From Podarcis muralis (Eukaryota): 64,000 bases of DNA. A model generated the notes under the pieces. The model was not told the DNA's origin, made no database searches, and saw only the letters and a program-made list of their open reading frames with translations. A program made the translations under genes and the position numbers. The stretch lies in the NCBI RefSeq assembly GCF_964188315.1, contig NC_135663.1, positions 35,650,001 to 35,714,000 of the forward strand, read 5' to 3'. The stretch's first letter is position 1, and every line of letters starts with the position of its first letter. Below are positions 46,476 through 59,669 of this stretch, in pieces.

Positions 46476-48541
46476 TTAGCCCCCACATGTGCATGACTGT
46501 GCATGCCTGAGGTTTTCCCCCCTCGTCTTGGCTATGGTGTGAGTCTGTGCTGTTAATTAATGGGGTTCTGCCTTCGGAGAAGATGAGCCAGCCCTCAAGG
46601 AGGTGATTATGTAATTTGCTAGCAATTCATGTCCCTCCCGGCGTGACGCTGCGCGCTGACGTCACGGGGCTGTAATGGTGGTGTGCCTCGAGATTTTTTT
46701 CATGAAACAAGTGTGCCTTTGCCCAAAAAAGGTTGGGAAACACTGCTTTAGAGAACATGCTCAAAACACTGCTTGCTTCCAGAGAAACTTGTCACTGCTG
46801 CTACCTTACAATTTGCTCTTGTTTTTCTTAGCTGCTCAAATTCTTGGGCTGTTTTGAGGCAAAGAATGATAACTATAGTGATTTATCTTTTTTAGTTGCA
46901 AAACTCTTAAATAAAGTGCAACGTGGCTGTTATTTTCATCACCCGCCTTCCCTTTTCTCCTGCCTACTCCATATTGCCCATCCACCAAACAACAGGCAAG
47001 TCCAGAAATCTGATTAGCTGCTATAAACAGACATTCAAGCTCAGAGCTGCAGATTTGGTTATAGAAACAATAGAAGTGTTAACTCACAGTGGCATGCAAC
47101 TGATTAACAAAGCCTTAGCTAAAGTTTTCAGCTAGATATGGAGACAGAATTTACGGCTGCAAAAATATGTCGCTAGTTATTTCATGCTTATTAGCCATTT
47201 GTTTACATGGAATCTTTTCAAAATTTTGACTCACTGATTAGGATAAAATGTTCACCTACTGGAGATGTAAAGCTGCCAATTTAGAAAAGCTAAAGGACAT
47301 AGTCCCTGGAATCCATCAAATGTAATTCTTAATAGTCTGAAAGCTTTCGAAATTGCATTAATTCAGTTACCACAATATTTTATACCTCGTCCGGCCCAGC
47401 CTTACCTTGTCTTTGCAATTTCCTGATATTCCATGGAGAATAATTGTGGCCAAGAGTAAATTTTGACAAAGGAAATGCTTTAGGCTTTTGCTTGTTGAGT
47501 TCTGTAAAAGTCTGTGGAATTGGATCTTTAGCTGTGAGCCCAGATACCAAGGTGTTGAAATGGTGTTAAAGCCCCTTGTACTGTATATGATAATGTCTTT
47601 TCATTTCATTCATGTTACCTTGAATGCTCTTACGGGTGGATAATGCAAAAACAGTCAAGATGTTTGTAATAGTTTTGTTTATCATACATTGCAAAATGAA
47701 ATAGAAACATTTTTAAAAGACCCCTGTATATATATTTATATTATGATCCTGACATTCATACTTGTTTCTTAGTTACAACTTAAACCGCAACCACTGTGGT
47801 TTTGGACCCCAAAGAAACTCAACTCCAGTTTGTTTTTAAAAGCACAATTCTAATAATATGTTCAAATAACAATAAGCTTTTAGCTTCACTTATTTTCAAG
47901 CTATTTTATTCAGTGCTTTAGTCATAACTACCATTTAAAATTATTATAATTGAAAGAGATTAGGTAGCAATTTGTTTCACTCACTTTACTCTTTTGTTAG
48001 TGTGTATCTCTGAAAGAACAATGATAAGAAAATAAAAACTGAAGGACTACAAATTGCCTTTTAAAGGTTTATCTAGATATCACACTGAATATGAACACAA
48101 CCATTAGAAGCATCTCTTGCACAAGTTGCCAGGCTTAATATTAAAAGAAGAGCTCCTAGCCCTTAAATGTGCTTCTATAAACTCAGCTCCTGAGCATGCA
48201 AAGTGTTAAGAAAATGCCTTCAAGCTTGCACAGAAGCTTCCCATTACCAATGAGTAACCGCAAATCACCCATCTGGCTGTAGGGGGGAATATCTATATAC
48301 CAGGACACAACTGATGTCTTTGAGGCAAACATCAGTCCCCGTACTAGCACACATCACTGAAATCAATGGGAGTTTTGCAAAAGCCCTTACCATTTTAAGC
48401 AGGATAACTCCAAGAAATCAGTGTAAGTTGCTGCCAGCTGGCCAGAAGGCAGAAAAGTACCCTAGCAACTAGTTAATTACAGCAAGAAATTTCAGAGGCA
48501 ACAACCTACTTCCTCTTTTCTTGATTGTTAATCCACTATGG

Positions 48542-48819
48542 CAGGGATGTCCAACAGGTCGATTGGGATCCACTAGGAGGTTTAGGTAGATCGTGGTAGA
48601 TCGTTGGCCCCTCGCCCCACCCTCCAAATCGCTATCATTAGCGATCTCTTGGTGAGCTCATTTTTCTATTTATTTGATCTTGATCCCTTAATTAACTGAT
48701 ATTTCCTCTCTAAAAAAAGCTCAAGCACTTTGACCTGAACCCTCCCAAAAATGGGTAGAACACTGCCAGATTTTAATTGTGCAAGTAGGTCGCAGTCTAT
48801 TGGAAGTTGGACGTCCCTG
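48542..48819. mobile_element. hAT-Charlie MITE
   Basis: TIR CAGGGA(T/C)GTCCAAC; flanks cactatgg / tgctatgg (6 of 8 match); GTAGATC subterminal repeats. Confidence 0.8.
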
Positions 48820-51044
48820 TGCTATGGGAACTGAAGCTCTGTAAGGGGAACAGGGGCATCCTAACAACTCTCAACACCCTTGTCAGACCACAGTTCCCAG
48901 GGCCATTGAAGTGGTATTAGAGTGCTTTAAAAGTAAGGTGCAGATGTGGCTATGATATATTACACACTTGCTCTTTCTTTCCTAATGCCACAACTTTCCT
49001 GAACTGTAAAGCCCAATGGAGGTCTCGTGGGAGTGGTTGGATGCAGGGATACCAAAGAAGAACATCAAAAACCTTAGTACAGCCAGCTCTAGTGCTTTAT
49101 TTATGAAGGTGTAGACTTACAGCACAGCAGCCTGCCAGGCCTCCTTGCCTTTGCAGACATGGGACGGACATCGCAGCAAGGAGATGGCTTGCCTGCCTCC
49201 AAGCGAATGTGCATATATTCTTTATAATGCAAAGTAGCACACATCATTTCACCTGACTAGATGAGGGCATAGGTGGCAAATACCCAATCTTTACAGACAG
49301 CTCCCCTTTCTGGGCTCAGAGCCCAGCACCCCAAGCCCACAGATAAGAACAACATCAAAGCAAACCAATTAGCTTATATCAAAGCAAGTGAATATAAACA
49401 TATATAAGCTCATTGCTACAACATTACCAATTAATTGCGAGGTTATCTTGACTACCAAGATGGTGTTAGCAAAGCTTCCAGAGTAGTTCACCTTGGGTTC
49501 AACACCTAGGGTCTTTCTTTCGTTCTCCCCCACTTCCCACCCTCCTCATCCTCTTTCAATGGGCATACAAATATGGGGAAGTAAAAGAATATATCAGATA
49601 GCTCTGGGGGCAACATGAAATCAGGCTATGGGCAGCATGTGGCCCCCAAGGCCACAGACGGTTCCACACCTGCTTGACCATTTTCCGATTCCCCTCAGCC
49701 AAACCATATTCCTTCTGCAGCCTCTGTGAGGCATTGTGAGCTTTTGTGGCAGGGGATGTCAATGTCCTTTGTTAATAATTCCTCTGGAAAGGAGGTCCTT
49801 GGCAAGCCCAGTTCTGAATATACTTTGCGAGTGTCCAGTTCAAACTTAAGTAACATAGAGCTGACTGTTTTTAAATGCTTGAGAATGGATTGAAAACAAA
49901 TGAGTTTTGAAAGTTTGGGGGACTCTGCATGGTATCCCAAATCTAAAAATAGTACCTCGACACCAAATCAAAGAAAGGCAAAGGAAATATTAATTAATTA
50001 GTAGTGCATCTACAATCCTCTTCAGGCATTCAGTTTGACCATATGAAGGAACAAACATAAATGCTGCATGTGTGGGGCACACTTCTTTCCCAGCGCATGA
50101 TCCATGTTCATACGAAGGCCTTACTGCAGTCCCCTTCAAAATGATGTTGATCATGCATTAACTAAGGAGTGTGCTTGGCCTGTGCAATATCCCAAAGTGG
50201 AGGAACCTGCCCCACGCATTTGCCCCTTTGTGCATTCAAACGGAATGCCTAAATGCAGCTAATGACTTGCTACAAATGCAACACAATTCTATTCATGGAA
50301 GTAAATTCCACTCATTTCAACTGCACTTATTCCAAGTAAGCATGCGTAGGACTGCAGCCTTAGCCACACAGTAATAATTGGCATACTCAAGATATAGAGA
50401 TTTCAGTCCCTCTAGCATGCCATAAAAATGTGGTGTTCTTCTTCTTCGCTATTTAATGTTCAGGATTCTGCATTCAGGCAACCAGCTCTCACTACACTTT
50501 GCCTTTGGAAATATAATGGGAGCACAGAGGCAGACAATCTGTCCCAAACAGGAAATGCAAAAGGCATGTGGCAGGAGAAATGGCAAGCTCTAAGAATATC
50601 CATCACTTCCTTTGCGTGGGCAGTGACAGAAGTCAGCACAGGAAGTTGCTTGGCTATAGGACAAATAACAAGATGAAGCAGGTGAAGCATTTATCTGCCT
50701 AAATTTCAAAACTGAGTTAAGTGCATCCCTTCTGATATGTTACATTGAAATAGACAGAACTTTGACTCCCAACAGTCACTAGTGCATATGAATATTTTTG
50801 AACTCTTTGCAAGTGTTGGATTTTCCATTATCAGAACTGTTATCAGAGAATGCAAGCAAGTAAGCAGCAGGGACAGCGGCTGTTCCTCCTCCTCAATTAT
50901 GGCAGCTCCATGGAGGACCCTCCTGAAATGCTGTGTGCTTAGGCTTCAGCAGCTGGCCCAAAATATTGGTTCTCTAACCAGAGGGGTCCTAAAATTGTAG
51001 CTTGCTGTAAAACAAAACAATTTACAGTTACATATTGTGAATGT

Positions 51045-51476
51045 TTTTGTCCACGGAGTTTTGTCCAGTGAGAGCTGGACCATAAAGAAGGCTGATCGCC
51101 GAAGAATTGATGCTTTTGAATTATGGTGCTGGAGGAGACTCTTGAGAGTCCCATGGACTGCAAGAAGATCAAACCGATCCATTCTGAAGGAAATCAGCCC
51201 TGAGTGCTCACTGGAAGGGCAGATCATGAAGCTGAGGCTCCAATACTTTGGCCACCTCATGAGAAGAGAAGACTCCCTGGAAAAGACCCTGATGTTGGGG
51301 AGGATTGAGGGCACAAGGAGAAGGGGATGACAGAGGACGAGATGGTTGGACAGTGTTCTCGAAGCTACGAACATGAGTTTGACCAAACTGCGGGAGACAG
51401 GGAGCGCCTGGCATGTTCTGGTCCATGGGGTCATGAAGAGTTGGACACGACTAAACGACTAAACAACAACAACATC
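51045..51476 (+). mobile_element. 5'-truncated BovB 3' end with (CAA)n tail
   Basis: ESWTIKKADRRRIDAFELWCWRRLLRVPWTARRSN.SILKEISPECSLEG…LQYFGHLMRREDSLEKTLMLG; tail GGACACGACTAAACGACTAAACAACAAC; 11-bp TSD attgtgaatgt (51034-51044 / 51477-51487). Confidence 0.95.
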
Positions 51477-51878
51477 ATTGTGAATGTATACCTAAGGTTT
51501 CTTGAACTAGTGAACCAGACTATATACTCCACTTCCTCCCAGACACCCAACAGTTTCCCAGTTTCCCATAGAATGTCTGAGGTAACACCAGAAGAAAAGT
51601 AGTGTTTGCTTAAATAAGCATGCAAAGCAGCAAGAGAGATTCCTGTACCAACCTGCTTGTGGGCTTTGGTGCAATCCAGCCAATCAGGAATTGCTAGTTA
51701 ATTGACAGAACTCACAGAATGGGGGGGAGGAGGGGCCAATTCTAAAATCAAAGGCCAATTCTAATAAACAAGTAACATGCTTCCTTCTGTGAAACCTCTT
51801 AGTTCTACAGTACCTTTTCAATTTACAAGGCAAACCCTTAAGGAGATGTGCATATTTTGGTATCTCCACATCTTAGGG

Positions 51879-52130
51879 AAGGAGGTTGTTTAACTGGCCC
51901 ACAAGCCATCCCCGAACCGAGCCGCCCGCTTGGCGAGTTCCCGCACACTGCGCTAAACCGGCGCAGTGTGGTGCAGGGACTCGCTTTCGCAGCGCCAGAA
52001 ATCATGTCTAAGCAGACACAGGCACCAGAAATCATGGGGGTGTGCGCTCATGCACCCCCCCGATCCGGCCCACTGAGGGATCTCCACTGGAGTGAACCGG
52101 CCCAGGAAAGATAAACCTTGCCGACCCCTG
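51879..52130 (-). mobile_element. hAT MITE related to 18205-18504
   Basis: Right end GCCGACCCCTG; perfect TSD tcttaggg (51871-51878 / 52131-52138); shares the GCGCTAAACC motif (reverse complement GGTTTAGCG). Confidence 0.8.
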
Positions 52131-53589
52131 TCTTAGGGGGTGCTTCCACCCATGGGAGCTTCCCCATCTTCAAGAAGTAGTTGATGAGCCTCTACTTAAA
52201 TTGCAGTTTCTGAGAGCTGTACATCTGGAGAGTACCATATTTCTTCTTAGCAAGGTAGTTGCCCCAAAGCTGCAGATGACCTTTCAAAAATAAGGCTGTT
52301 TATACTCAGGGGTGAAAGTATTTAGCATGGCAGATTTAAACAATCTTGCCGTGATTTTACAGTTCTGTCACTGTGTTTTAGATATGGAGATGTAGTTACA
52401 ATAATTGTTTTATACTGTTTCGTAGCTGATTCTGTTATTTATTTATTTATTTGCATTTTATACTTGAAATGTTTTGTTATTGGTTACTTGAAATGGTACA
52501 AGCTTGAAAAAGTATGTTATTATACTTTGAAAACCCAGATTGTTGGCTTCAGAGATGGGTCAGTCCTGATTCATAGGAGCACCACTGTTGGGTGTATATC
52601 TTTCAGTGAACTAAAGGGAATGGATCTTCCTTCAAAATTATATGAAACGGATGCAGGAAAAAGATTTTGGATTCTCAATAGGCAGGGTTTGGCACAGTCA
52701 GCAGAAGAAGCTTTGGGAAGTAAGGGGTTTTTACTTCCACCCCTGGCCTTGTTAGCTTGCTGAATATCTTGCAACTATGAACATACATTCCAGCAAGTTT
52801 GAGTTTTACTGCATAGAAATGTTGTCTTTTGATCTTATGGCAGAAGTTGATTCAGCCACTGAAATTACATTTTTAATTGAGTCCCGTTCATTCCAGAAAT
52901 AGTTTTAACAGGACACAGTTGTTTCTTATCCAGCTCTACATACATTTCCTACTCTGTCTATCCTTTGATTGTTCAGTTCTTGTTTCACTTAGAAATGGGG
53001 AGTAAGGTTTGTCACAGATGGCCACAGCATAACAAACACCTGAGGGCAAAATCTCAAACCTATGTGGTCAGAGAGTGCAGCAGATTCAGCATCTTTCTTG
53101 TTAAAATCCATCTTTCGCAAACAATGTGAACTATGTGGTATTTTTGAAATATCTACTGCTTCCAGACAGATGCTGAGACATTCGGGCTTGGCCTGCAAAC
53201 CCCTGCAGGAGGGCTGAAGAATTTCTGATGGCAAGCCAGGCCTAATAGACCTTGCCATAGCTACAATTCTGCCTGTGGTCCAGACTTAACATTATAGGGA
53301 GACATGTGGCAAGTACCGACCCCATCTCCCTAGTACATCTCTGTGTCATGATGGCATTCCTTCACCCCCTGATCTGCTTCATTGGCTGTCACTTGTGAGA
53401 AGTGTGGAATGTTAAGGAGCAAACTATCACTTCAGACATCTGGCCCATCTACTCAGAACAGCAATGACTCTCCAGAGTCCCAGGATACAGGTTTGTAACA
53501 TCACTGGCTACCTGTTTATTTTAACTGGAATGCCTGTGATCCAGTCCTGAGTCTTCTGTGTGGAAAACATAAACTCTAGTAGTGAGTTG

Positions 53590-53898
53590 CAGTGGCATGC
53601 AGTCTGTGGACTAGGGGGACTAGGCTAGCAAGCTTCTGCCCGGTATAGGGAGGGAAGCGTGATGCTCCGACAGGTCCAAGAGCCCTCCCACTACCTTCCC
53701 CAAGCCCACCTGGCCTTGGGAAGGAGGCAAGAGGGCTCCAGAGTCCTTTCAGAGGCCTGGCACCCAAAGCCCAAGAAGCTTCTGCCCAGCTTGGGGAGGA
53801 AGGCACAATGCTCACAAATGCGACATCCCCATCGCCCTCGCAAGCTGGTGGGTCTCGCCCTAACTGTTCCCCTACAAAAATTTCACCGCACGCCACTT
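53590..53898. mobile_element. hAT MITE with CAGTGGCRTGC ends
   Basis: CAGTGGCATGC…GCACGCCACT; perfect TSD gtgagttg (53582-53589 / 53899-53906). Confidence 0.85.
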
Positions 53899-54609
53899 GT
53901 GAGTTGTAGCCCCTCACCCCACAATGTCATTGCAACATTTATGGTCTTCAGCTCCATAAAGAGACATGGACAAAAACACAGGTCAGCAGCATCCATAGGT
54001 CTGCCTGTAATACAGTGTTTGGGTCTCAGACTTCCATCCTGATCCTAAATGTATTTACTAAGCAGTCTCATGACTTCAACAGGACTCAGTTCTACATATG
54101 CCTGCTTAGGTCTGCAGCATTGTACCTTCGCTCAGGCTCTTGTGGGCTGCAGAGTATTTAAAATAATTTCACAATTGTTCCAATGTTTCTGAAGATATAT
54201 TTACATACAAGATTTCTGTAGATAAAATTTTGCACCCTGCAGTGTAGTTTCTCATAGCTCAGTGTTGAGCAAATGACAAAAAACAAGTCACTTCAGTGGC
54301 ATCTGTTGTCTGGCATCTGTTGTCATTTAACGAATTTTGGAAACCTTAACTTTCTGCCTACCACCTACGACACACACACTCTCTTGTGCATTTAGATACC
54401 ACAAACCTGTGTGTTTCGCAGCATGCCATACAAATTTAGCTTCCATATGTTCAGAGTTCCCAAGCACACTATAATCTACCAAGAGTTACACCAGTAGCAG
54501 CAAAGCCAGCATTCTACCAACCAAAATCAAAAGTATTCAGGTACAAATTTTAGATAAACATCAATAAGGAGCACACACTGTAAAATAATAGTTAGGCTGT
54601 ACGTTAGAT

Positions 54610-54903
54610 CAGGATGGCTCAACTTTTCATACCTAGAGTGCTGCAAGACTACTTCAACACAGAACTCATGGGCAGCACACTGCCTTGTTGTGGGGGTGGG
54701 GGCAAGGGGAAGGCACTGGGTTTTGGGAAGGAAGTGCAATGCTCTAGCAAGGTCCTAAAGCCCTCCCACCTCCTTCCCAAAGCCCAGCCCCTCACTTACC
54801 CGGCTTTGGGAAGGCAGCGCAAAGGAAGGGCATCAAATGTTTTTGAGGACCACCATAAAAGGCCTTGAGGGCTGCACCTCGGGCCAGGCGTTGGACTACG
54901 CTG
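54610..54903. mobile_element. Older hAT MITE
   Basis: CAGGATGGCTCAAC…GTTGGACTACGCTG; flanks cgttagat / tgtaagat (6 of 8 match). Confidence 0.6.
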
Positions 54904-56454
54904 TGTAAGATCACAAGAGCATGTAACCTCTCTCAACAGTCCTTGGGTCCATCAGCAGAGCCCTACACTGATTTTTGCTCACTATTGTAATCAAAGCAAG
55001 CTCGGTTTCATTTAGGTCTATGCTCCAAGATGAAAATAAGAAATGACTCAAAGACACTCTAGATATGAAATGGGTTCCTGTTTGAATACTTACAAATAGA
55101 TTGAATAAGATTCATTGACAAAAAGTGTGTAGAGCCCCAGTTCTGGTGATTTCTCTAATCCCCTGGTGATTGTATACATAAATAGCATGCTACTAAACCC
55201 AGGTCACTTTAAAAAGATGAAGAAAGCCCCCCACCCAAAAGAAGAAGAACTCTTTATTGCACTGGCTGGTTGTTCCTAGAGTTCCTCTAGATAAGACCAC
55301 CTGCCTGCCCTTCCAGCCGTCCTCTACGCTGCTTTCATCTGTGTTGAAAGGAAACTAGCAAGACACACCTGTTCTGTGCCTGGGGGGAAGCACCCAAGCA
55401 GCTTTGCATTTTGATAGCCTCTTCCTATATCAATTCTCTCTACCTTTGCAAGAGAAGAATCCTGCCACAGCTTGAGAAGCCTGTGACACCACACCAATTT
55501 TAGAGTAACTTTTCTACCGGCTTTGAAGTTCCATATAATTTTGCAGACATGTGACAATCACATCGCACTTCTGATTTTATCATAGGTCCCCATTTGTTAT
55601 GATGTCTACATCCCATATGGCAAATTCACTCCAAATATGGTGGTTGCCAGCTTCACTAGTCAACAAAGATCTCACCAACAAGAAAAGAGATTTCACCAAC
55701 CAGAAAAGCTGAAAGACTAACAGTACAAGCCTAACTATGTCTACTCATCAGAGGGACATACAGGAGAGCCTCTCTGAACAATCTCAGCTCAGGGGCGGGG
55801 AGACGCCTCTTTGGAGACAGACCCTTTTGCAATACTTGTGCATATTATCTAAAAAGGAGGAGAAGGAAGGGGTATATTTGCTTTCCTTTAGCACAACTGG
55901 TGGTTTTTCAATATGCAAATGAGTGCAATCTAATCAATTGGTTAATCAGTTCATTGACAAGATCATGTGATTCACAAGCTAAAGTTTCTTTAATCAGATT
56001 CCTTTTAATCAGGTGACAACGATGGGAAAAGGGTTGCTTCACAATATTCTCTAGGTAGTCAGGCACATGTTAAAAGGCAAAGGAGAAAGACCAGTTAAAA
56101 AGAAGGTGGTGACCTTCATGAAAACCCTAAGAAAACATGGTTAGGATGTAAACAGAGGTGCAATGCAAAGGCTTTTACTTCCAACCAAAGTTGCCACCTT
56201 TTTCTTTTTACATGTCAAAAATGCACAAGAGACATGCATTCTCTGCCCTGGGCACTGGGCCACCAACACATATGCTTGTTTGCTGAAAATCAGTCCTTAG
56301 CTATTCTCCCCACCTGGGTATTTGAACCTGGGAGCCCATGCACCCAATTTGAAAATTATACCCCAGACTGCAATCCAGGTACCATGATGACAAGAGGTCC
56401 CAGGTTCAAAGCCCCAGACTAGTTCTGTCTAGGTGGGGAAAACTGGCCATACCA

Positions 56455-56670
56455 TTTGTGGGGAGAAACAGCTCAATAGAAGAAGGCATGCTTTGCAACT
56501 AGAACTTTCCAGGTTCAGTCCCTGTCATCTCCAGGAAGAAGGATCAAAGGGCAAGAGATACAACTGATCTCTCTCTACCAAGAGTCTAGGGAGCCATTTC
56601 TAGCCAGAGCAGACAATAGTCTAGCCTAGATAGAAAAATAGCCTGGGCTGTCACACGGTAGCTTCTTATG
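56455..56670 (+). mobile_element. Diverged Squam2-like SINE
   Basis: CAGCTCAATAG…GCATGCTTTGCA…CCAGGTTCAGTCCCTGTCATCTCCAGG…GAGCAGACAATA…GTAGCTTCTTATG. Confidence 0.6.
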
Positions 56671-59669
56671 GCTTATGCACAGGTGCAAAGACGTAGCTTA
56701 TGGCCCATGTGTATAATCACTGCCTTGATATTTTATAGGAGTTGGCGGTATATAAATACTTTTATAAAAAAATAAAAATAAATCATGAGCTTTCTTTTCA
56801 TCTCCCATCTAACCTGTATCAGTTCAACAGGAAAGTAAAAGCAAGCCTTTCTATTTTCAGATATAGCTTCGTTTATCCATCATTTCCCCCCTAATTTCTT
56901 CCCATATTGCTAGGTGATTTCAAGACACTTAACCCAGTTCCACACACCCCAGCCCTCCACACACACACCCTCAAGACTTTGCTTACAGCAGGCAGAATGT
57001 GCATTTGCCTGGCAGAATGACATAAATATCCAACCAACCAGCAAATAAACACTGGCACACTCCTAGCTACAATTTCCCCATGCATAGCTTTTGAACAAAC
57101 AAAGCAAGAGCTGGCCACAAGACAAAGGAAGAATTTGTTCTATTCAGTGAATTTTCTGCTCTGTAATATGGAAGCTGATAGGAAGCAACCGGCTTTTCAC
57201 TTCAGCGTCTTGTTCTTGCCCCCACCCCCATTATGATTATCATTATTGTTTTACTGGATCCTTGTCCAGCAAAATGTAATGCCTGCTCCCAGGTGCTTCT
57301 TTGCTGACTGTGATTAATGAGCACAACCCCACAGCCAGCAAAAAAATAAAAATAAAAACATTAAAAAGCAGTACACTCTTCTTAGCAGAAAACAGAAACA
57401 AAGCAAAACTTATTCAAATGGGCAAAGGCAAGCTTGTAACATTGTGATCACAGGAGTTCTCAGCAGGTTCCAAGATCCACCAAAGCTACCGGACATCTGG
57501 CACCATATGCAGAGCAAACCTGGGTTTGCCAAGCATACACTCAACAGGAAACTTTGGTCAGAGGTGCAAGTCTAGCTACAAAGCTCTCCCTGGTAGAACA
57601 GCAGACATCAGCACCAACTTCCCAGCACTGATGGAAGTGTGTAGCAAAACCACCCACAATTTTAGATTTCCCAGGGTGCCCTGATATAGCATTGTGGGAA
57701 ATTCAATATGGCAGTGCCTCACAGCTGCCCAATGCAAAGCAGAACCAGGGGAACGGGCAGATGGGCAAATTGACTCTTAATCCAGCATACGCCCCAGCAA
57801 CAATGGGCTCAAAAGATGCTGGATGCCAACACTGAACCTACAGCCCGGGTCTCCAGTGAGCTTACCTCATCTGCATGGCACGTTTTCATCGCAGCGACTT
57901 GTTGCATTTGTACTTTAATATGCTATGTGCAAACCAGCCACTACTCAAAATCGGAAGCATCTCCACTTAGCACTTCAATTCCCCACAAACATATGTACTG
58001 GCTCAGTAATGTTGAGAGTTCTTCCCTTCAAATGCAACAATCAGACATGGAATTGCACACCCTAAAAATTCCAATTGGGGGTAGTTGTTCTATATTTGGG
58101 GTTGTCCCGCACTGTTCAGATTGGCTCCTGACAACTGCAAGATGTCTATGACAAAAATGTCTCTCACCAAACGTAAACAAACTGTGAAAAATACTATGAA
58201 TTGAAAGAGGAGACAATAGATGTACCGTTCCCTGTTTATCAGGCTTGAAAATGAAGGCTGTCTGTGTGCCCTCCAAATACTATGGAGATACACCCTGGGA
58301 TATTGTCCAAGGTCTGATTTCTGCAGCCCTGCTTAAGAATGTTTCAAGAACTCCAATCAATACAACAAACAGTGTCAGAGTTATTTAGTTGGCATGTGAA
58401 ACTTCTACACGAACACACCCTTTAATTAAAAAGTTTAAATAATGTTGAAAATCACAGACCTCATGTGTGCTCTTACATTCCCCTTAGGGCAAGGAAGATT
58501 TTTTAAAAGGAAGCAAGGAAAATAGAGCACATTATTTTGTTGCTAGGTTATAGAACATCTCACATAAAACATCCAAATGATGCAGCAAGATAAAATCTGG
58601 CATGCAACAAACTTGCTCATCTTAACATTTATATCTTGGCTTCTTCAACAATATGGATGATTGATATCTGCTTTTTACTGATAGTGTAACTAACTTCTTG
58701 TCATTTGTGCATGGGGTCTGAATATGACTGGGGGAAAGGAGATGTGAACCCATTGCCTCCTTTAACTCTTTTCTCATGGGCCTGAACTGTCTCCAGGTGT
58801 CTCCTGCCTGCCAAGTGCGCTGAACACCCAAGGCACAGAGCAATTTGAAAGGGAGAGGAAGGTGATAGATTGCATTTCTTTGTACTTCTTCCCCACCCAA
58901 AAAAGGTGCATAATTGGGATAGGAGCACCATCAGTGTTTATTGTTCTTGAACCCTCAATGAACTGAAAAGGATTAACTGATAAGAACTGAAATGAGAATG
59001 GCACCCAGTCTCAGCCAAAAGGAGTCCCCCTTATTAGACCACACCCACCCAATACGGCCAGCATTTGAGCACCCCAATGTATGTACTCATTTAATAAGAG
59101 TCTACAGCCACAAGGCAGCCAACTAGGCCAAATGACAAACCAGCATTTTTTACTCCAACAATGTTATACTTTGTGCAGGTTCAACTGTATCATGCATCAA
59201 AGTTCAACCAATAGTATATTAAAACAGGACCTATTTCAAAGCCCAACCCTCGCCTAACTTAAGAAATGTTAAGCTCCATCCTGGGAATTGATGCGCATGT
59301 CTGTCATGATTCTTAACTAGGCTGTCATGACTTTTCAGTGTCAGCGCTGAAATTCCATAGAAAAGCTGTGGCAGAATCTTTCCATAGCTGTAGTATGACT
59401 CCTGGCTGTATTGACCTATATAGCATCTGATACGGATGCAGGAAGGGGAGAGGGTGCTGGGCCATTTGAACCAAAAATGTGGAATTATTTATAGCTTGTT
59501 TTCATTATTATGTTCCAAGACGGTGCAAAATGCATTAGAAATACATCACTTGCTGTTATTCTTTCCACCAAAATCAAACAAATGGCTTTCCTGCACTCAC
59601 TGACCTCTATGAAGGGGGTCAGGATATTAAAATGTAAATATTGATAATGACAGGGTAATATTTGTAATT

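Larger units (their letters stand above)
45453..46670 (+). promoter_or_regulatory. CpG island with promoter-like architecture, inside the hAT element
   Basis: Very GC- and CpG-dense; ACTACGTTTCCCAG (ZNF143/THAP11-type) at 45690; full CRE TGACGTCA 46657-46664. Confidence 0.7.
45318..46745. mobile_element. 1428-bp non-autonomous hAT (Charlie-type) element carrying CpG-island cargo (candidate Pack-TIR)
   Basis: 15-bp perfect TIR CAGTGTTTCCCAACC; perfect TSD ctttagag (45310-45317 / 46746-46753); GTGTGCC subterminal repeats at both ends. Confidence 0.9.

Noticed and set aside
45564-46479. Long overlapping ORFs (265, 201, 172, 171 and 159 aa) across the CpG island
   Set aside because: These are expected from stop-codon scarcity in very GC-rich DNA; they are low-complexity G/A/R/P-rich, run through a splice donor and a SINE relic, and have no recognisable domain.
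49005-49504. LTR-like segment (TG…CA ends, minus-strand TATA and AATAAA)
   Set aside because: No target-site duplication could be found, so the boundaries are unsupported.
42645-51476. Idea that the BovB 5' piece and 3' piece are one element split by later insertions
   Set aside because: The 3' piece has its own 11-bp TSD, so it is an independent 5'-truncated insertion.
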